A stretch of DNA of 64,000 nucleotides, from the NCBI GenBank assembly GCA_964016885.1, contig OZ024741.1, positions 148,490,001 to 148,554,000 on the forward strand, written 5' to 3'. Made by a program: the position numbers and the translations under genes. Below are positions 57,665 through 64,000 of this stretch, one piece after another; the first letter of the stretch is position 1; each line of letters opens with the position of its first letter. The notes under the pieces are model-generated. The model had not been told where the DNA came from, did not search any database, and saw only the letters and a program-made list of their open reading frames with translations. This stretch comes from Eledone cirrhosa. Its lineage: Eukaryota.

Positions 57665-60600
57665 GTTAAACCACTGGGAGTGAAGAACCCCTAGCCCTTG
57701 TCAGGGCATTCTTCTAGGAGAAGGCATCTCAGGAAACTGGGTTAACTCCGACATAAAACCTGCGGCTCAGTAGTTACCGATGATGTTGATCTTTTCTTCT
57801 TTTCGGGTTATAGCTACTGTCGCTCAGAGAGTGGGATTGGCTCAGTGCACAGTCTTTCCTCACTTTAAAAATATTCGTCACGCACAGGCATTGCACGAGG
57901 GCATTAATAATTATTAATAGTGTACTATTATTATTATTATTATTATTACTATTATTATTACTTTTTTTTTTTTTTTTTTTTTTTCAAATTCAATGATATT
58001 CCAAAACAATATAAAAGAGATAATTGGCAATTTAGGTTCTGGAACAAAAAAGATCATTAGCAATAAGGGCAGGGGCCCCAGGTTATCACAGCCTGGGCCC
58101 GCTCGTCATCGTGCCATTGTAATAGAGTCAAACAAGGCATTTAGTCTTGGCTGCTGGAACGTACGGACGCTGCTTGACAGGGATTCCTTGGAGCGTCCTG
58201 AACGAAGGACCGCTCTTGTTGCAAAGGAGCTTCGACGTTACGATCTTGACATCGTGGCTTTATCTGAGACGAGGTTAGCTGGAGATGGTCATCTTACAGA
58301 ATTTTGTGGAGAATATACATTCTTCTGGAAAGGAAGAGATGAAGGAACCAGAAGAGAGGCTGGGGTAGGATTTGCTGTTAAGACTGTACTTGTGAATAAA
58401 TTAGAAGAATTCCCAGTAGGGATTAGTGAGCGTCTTATGTCCATGAGAGTTCCGCTGGACAAAGGAAGATATGCTACCCTGGTGAGTGTATATGCTCCAA
58501 CTATGAATTCTGTCGATGAAGAAAAAGTGTCCTTTTACCATGCCTTGAAAGGTGTTTTAAGAAATATCCCTCAGGCAGACAAAGTCATCGTGCTTGGTGA
58601 CTTTAATGCTAGAGTGGGTAGGGATTTTAACACATGGAATGTAATCGGAAGGCATGGGATGGGAAAGTGTAACAACAATGGTATGCTCCTGCTGCAGATA
58701 TGTGAGGTGCTGGATCTGTGTGTTACCAACACCATGTTCCAACAAAAGAACAAATTCAAGACCACATGCATGCATCCTGCATCTAAGGAATGGCATCTTT
58801 TGGACTACGTCCTAGTCAGGATGCGTGACAGACAGGATGTGCAGTGTGTCGTGTTCTTCGTGGAGCTGAGTGCTGGACGGACCACCGCCTGGTACGCGCA
58901 AAAGTGAAACTAATCACTAAACGTAAAATCCGGGCTCCTGGTGTTGCCCTGTCCAAAAGATTGAATGCTGCTCGTCTTAAGGATAAAAATGTGAAGAGGA
59001 CATTGGAAGAAGAGATGCAGGCTGCAGATCTTGGTGAGGATTGGCCGACCCTTAAAAAGTCGGTTTATGATGTAGGCAGGCGTGTTCTGGGATTGGTGCA
59101 GAGAAAACATCAGGACTGGTTTAATGAGAATGATGTACATATAGAAGACTTGGTTGATAAGAGGCGTGCTCTGTCACGCTACTTGACGGCAAAACCACAG
59201 GAGAGGAATACGTTGCATGAGGAACTCAGGGATGTAAAATCACGTGTTAGGCGGAGTCTTTCTCAGATGAAGGATCAGTGGTGGAGTGAGAAGGCTGGTG
59301 AGATACAAACTGCGTCTGATTCCAATAACACAAAGCTGTTGTACAGTCTCTTGCGTGAGGTTTATGGACCGCCTTCTTCTCTGGTGACACCGCTTCGCAG
59401 CAAGGATGGCAAAGAACTTCTTCGTGACTCACAAGGAATTCTACGAAGGTGGCGAGAGCACTTTGATGATCTTTTGAATCAGCCGTCTGTCGCCAGTGAA
59501 GATTTCCTCAATCTCATTCCAGAAAGTCCTGTGAATGTAGCTCTCGCAGAACCTCCGACGCTTGTGGAGGTTGCAGTGGCTATTTCGAAGCTGAACAGTG
59601 GAAGATCTCCAGGTATGGATGGCATACATGCTGAGCTCCTACAATATGGTGGTGAGAGACTCCTGCAACATCTTCACTCTTTGTTTGGCAGGATATGGGC
59701 TAATGAATCCGTACCTGAGGACTGGAGAGATGCAGTAATGGTGGTCTTGTACAGGGGAAAGGGTAACAGGAACGATTGTGGGAACTACAGAGGTATATCA
59801 TTGCTTTCTGTCGTAGGGAAAGTTTTATGTAGGGTGCTTCTGGACCGTCTGCTGATACACATTGCAGATTGTGTTCTTCCTGAAAGTCAATCTGGTTTTC
59901 GTGCTGGACGCGGCACTACTGATATGATCTTCTCAGCTAAACAGCTCCAGGAGAAGTGCATGGAACAAGGCTTGGATCTGTATCAGGTTTTTGTCGATCT
60001 GACAAAAGCTTTCGATTCTGTTAACAGAGATGCATTATGGAAGGTTCTCCAGAAACTTGGTTGCCCTGATAAGTTCTTTGCTTTAGTTAGGTCTTACCAT
60101 GACGACATGAAGGCTTGGGTTAATGTCGGGGTAGCATGTCGGAGCCTATCTCAGTAAAAAATGGAATGAAACAGGGGGATATTCCAGCACCGATCCTGTT
60201 TGCCATATACTTTGCAATGGTTTTCTGTATTGCATTCAGGAATTACGAGCATGGTGTTTACATCCGATATCGAACCTCAGGCAGCATATTTAACATCAGG
60301 CGCGTTGCTGCGAAGACAAAGGTATTTACATCAATCATAAGAGACCTCTTGTATGCAGATGATTGCGATCTTGCAGCGCACACAGAGAGTGATATGCAGC
60401 ACATTTTGAATGCATTTTCTGACGCTTGCACTGCCCTGGGTCTGACTGTCAGTCTCAAGAAAACCGTCGTCATGTACCAACCTGCCCCTGGTAAGCAATA
60501 CACTGAACCAAACATCTATGTGTATGGCAAACGACTTGGAGTGGTTGATCAGTTTGTCTACCTGGGAAGCACTGTCAATCGATACAGCAACCGTGACAGT

Positions 60601-61667
60601 GAAATCTCACTTAGGATTAGGAAAGCAAGTGATGCTTTCGGAAAGCTAGAAAGGCGACTCTGGGGTCGGCGAGACATATGCAGGAGGACAAAGGTAAAGG
60701 TGTACAGGGCATGTGTGCTCTCTTGTCTTCTTTATGCCTGCGAGACCTGGGTCACATATCGACACCACCTTAAGCAATTGGAGCGTTTCCATCAGATGTG
60801 TCTCAGACGGATCCATGGCGTTCACTGGAGGGACCATATCAGTGATGTCGAGATTTTGGAAAGCTCTATGTGTGACAGTATAGAAGCTCTTGTGCTTAAG
60901 CAACGACTCCGTTGGAGTGGTCACCTTGCCAGGATGAAGGATTCTAGAATACCAAAACAACTCTTTTATGGAGAGTTGGTTAAAGGAAAACGACCGCCAC
61001 ATAAACCAAAAAAGAGGTATAAGGATTCCTTGAGAGCCTCTCTGAAAGACGCTAACATCTCTGCTGATGCATGGGAAAATATTGCTGCTGATCGTAATAA
61101 ATGGAGAAAGACTGTATATGAGAGAAAAGTTGCCTTTGAGGCATCTTGAATCGCATACGAGAAAGTAAAGCGGGATGTGAGGAAGGGCATTGCTGTTGCA
61201 CTTCCAGATGGCGAGGGTCCTCCTATGGTGCTGACATGCAGCGTATGTGCGAGATTCTGCCTAAGTAAAGCTGGACTCGAAAGTCATCTTCGCAGTCATA
61301 AAGTAAGACCAGTGGTTGACTACCAGGCTGCTGTTGGAGATGCTACTCATCATGCTTGCCAAACATGTGGTAGAGAATGTAAATCAGCAGGAGGGCTCAA
61401 GCCACATGCAAAAGTACACGAACTCCAACCACAGCCGACTATTCTCAGTAAATGTTTTGGTTGCCGACTCTGTGTAAGACATTTTAGATCATTGGCTGGG
61501 CTAAAAAGCCACATTCGATCGCAGCGCTGTTAGTTGCTATCGTGTGTGTGTGTGTGTGTAGATATGCTTATGTGTGTGCGTGTGTGTATATATATATGTA
61601 TATGTATATTATTATTGTTGTTGTCGTTATTATTATTGTTGTTATTATTATTATTGTTATTAATGTA

Positions 61668-61742
<75 letters not shown>

Positions 61743-61880
61743 ATGTATATATATATATATATATATTTTTTTTTTATTTTCTTTTTATTTATTTATTATT
61801 ATTATTATTTTATTTTATTTTTTTTTCTTTCTCCTCGTGCAATGGCCATACTCGATAACGAGGGGGCAGCCATCATGTAT
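57665..61880 (+). mobile_element. Near full-length RTE LINE (APE-RT-three C2H2-type fingers), pseudogenised
   Basis: GCWNVRTL, GDFNARVG, NYRGISLL, FVDLTKAFD, KQGDIPAP, YADD, YLGS; frameshifts near 58850 and 60140, stop at 61147; UTRs interrupted by microsatellites. Confidence 0.93.
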
Positions 61881-61971
61881 GTATGTATGTTATCTCTTTC
61901 TCTTAAAATCGAGTATATTTTTTTTGACCGGCCACCTTCCTGGTGGCAAGGTTGTAAAAGAAAAGAAATTG

Positions 61972-62465
61972 TCATCCCTTGAATCGCAAGAATGTTTTGC
62001 AAATTTTGAAGATGCCAGCTATCGCAGCCATTTGTAGACTATGAATTAGGGAGCTGCGCTTTTTGTCCGCAAATCCAAGTTCAGTCATACTTTGGTCCAA
62101 GCGGGTTGGTATATAACTCGTAGCTCCAATAATGATGGGTATGAAGCTAAAGGTGTATCTTGGATACTGAATTTTTAACTCCTCATCAATGGACCGTAGA
62201 TGTCCTCCTTCTCCTGTATTTTTCTGACAACGTTTACATCAAGTGGGCAGCTGATCTCCACAAAAGAACACGTTTTCAATGTGTGGTCCCAAACAACAAT
62301 ATCAGGCCGGTTGTGCTTTAATTTGGTGGCAGTTTTTATTTTCAGGTTCCACCAGTATTCCTTAGTGCCATCTGTCTCAATATATTCTTCCTCGTTTGTT
62401 GTTAATTTTGTTTTCCGAAGTGTGTTCCAGATGGTTCTAGCTATCCCATCGTGTCTCATGGGGAG
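61972..62465 (-). mobile_element. R4/Dong-like endonuclease 3' fragment (second family)
   Basis: MRHDGIA..EYWWN..HNRPDIVVWD..FVEISCP..PIIIGA. Confidence 0.85.
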
Positions 62466-62586
62466 TAGTACATACATACATACATACATACATACATACA
62501 TACATACATACATACATACATACATACATACATACATACATACATACATACATACATACATACATACATGTATGTATGTATGTATG

Positions 62587-63194
62587 GTCAGGTCACCAGT
62601 TGGTGCTACTGGTAACATGTATCCCAGTACAACCTGTCTCATGGTCGGGTCGTTGGCGACTAAACTGGCAACCCCACCAAGGTTTCTTGGTGAGGAGGGT
62701 GACTTTGAACATCCTGCAGAACTAAAAACAAAACCTGTCAAAGGACAAAGGAGCTCTTAAGAGTCAATGGCTATCCAAAATCGCCGGGAGAGATGACCCC
62801 TTAGCCTTTGTCAAGGCAGAATTCTAGGAGAAGGAAAACTCTGATATAACACCTGCAACCCTGATGGTATCCAATGATGTTGACTTCTTCTTTTTGGTAA
62901 ATATCATCTTGGTTAAGAGAGTGGGACTGGCTTTGTGCACTGCCTTTGTTCACTATAAAAGCTTCACGGCACAGGCATTGCTTTATATCTGGAGATCTCT
63001 CTGCATTTGTCATCACATGGTACCATGGGCACAGCACTATCTGTCAATAATTGTCACAAGTGTAGTGTTTGTACCAGAATTTTCAAGTCGCTGGCTGGAC
63101 TAAAAAGTCACACCCGTTCAGCGCATCGGTAGGGGTTTTCCTACATGGATATAAAGTAGTGGCCGTACTCGAAAACGAGTTGGCAGCCACCACC

Positions 63195-63196
<2 letters not shown>
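62587..63196 (+). mobile_element. Non-autonomous bipartite RTE derivative, copy 5 (full length)
   Basis: Starts gtcaggtcacc after (TATG)n; ends gcagccaccaccat. Confidence 0.9.
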
Positions 63197-63260
<64 letters not shown>

Positions 63261-63261
<1 letters not shown>

Positions 63262-64000
63262 AGAGTAAAATAAGGTTACAACTCTGGTCCTGCACCAGCC
63301 AGGTGCTGGACTGGTTTACATTTTTACCTGACAAACATAGAACTAGCTTCATACAACTAGACATCAACAATTACTACTCCTCTATCTCGCCCATAGTCCT
63401 GATCAAGGCACTCATATTCGCGATGAATAGGACAGACTTAACATGCGACGAGGTCCGAATCATACACGCCGCCAGAAAGACCCTGATCCGATTCGGTGAG
63501 GACATATGGACCCGGAGCGACTGGCCAAATAATTTTGACATTACAATGGGCTTCAGTGACTCCGCGCAGCTAACGGACCTGGTTGGGATATACATACTCT
63601 ACGAGATCAGGAGAGAAATACCCAACCTGGGTGGCGGGCTGTACCGAGACGACGCACTCTTCACCGTAGTGGACCACAGCACCACAATGGTCGAAAATAT
63701 GAAGAGGAGAATTAGGCACTTCTTTAGCAAGGTAGGACTTAACGTAGAGATGGAACCCAATAGAAAAGTAGTGAATTTCCTGGACACCACACTCAACCTC
63801 AACACCATGCTACACCACCCATATCATAAACCCAATGAGAAGCTGGTGTATATCAACGCTGAGTCCAATCACCCTAGATCTATAGTTAAGGCCGTAGTTA
63901 AGAGTGTCTCTGACAGGATCTCTAACTTGTCGGCTAATAAAGAGATCTTCAATAGTAACGCTGGTGACTATAACTCAGCGCTAGCTAAGGCGTCCCACAG
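63261..64000 (+). mobile_element. PLE (Hydra-type) RT region, open frame running off the window end; absent from the supplied ORF track
   Basis: Frame from 63261: VLDWF, FIQLDINNYYSSI, FDITMGFSDSAQLTDLVG, GLYRDD, VNFLD, SNHP; homologous to 2579..3598. Confidence 0.88.

Overview
Repeat-saturated, AT-rich eukaryotic (animal) genomic DNA. The SINE families, (TA)n/(TATG)n microsatellites and LINE repertoire suggest a mollusc, probably an octopus (inference). No host protein-coding exon, rRNA, true tRNA gene or CRISPR array can be supported. The window is a mosaic of transposable elements: several Penelope-like elements (PLEs), RTE LINEs, a Tx1/L1 LINE, R4/Dong-like and CRE-like restriction-endonuclease retrotransposons, a Ty3/Gypsy relic with a tRNA-Trp primer site, a hAT transposase relic, a fold-back Tc1/mariner derivative, two SINE families and a 48-bp tandem array. 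The most interesting signals are: (1) five copies of a ~600-bp bipartite non-autonomous RTE derivative with a structured 5' domain, a retained C2H2 zinc-finger segment and a covarying 3' stem-loop; (2) minimal hammerhead ribozymes in the 3' repeats of three PLE families, plus inverted-terminus architecture; (3) a minisatellite apparently born from a SINE/RTE 3' module; (4) GC-rich palindromes. Most short ORFs in the supplied track are microsatellite or antisense artefacts. Boundaries were read by eye and are approximate.
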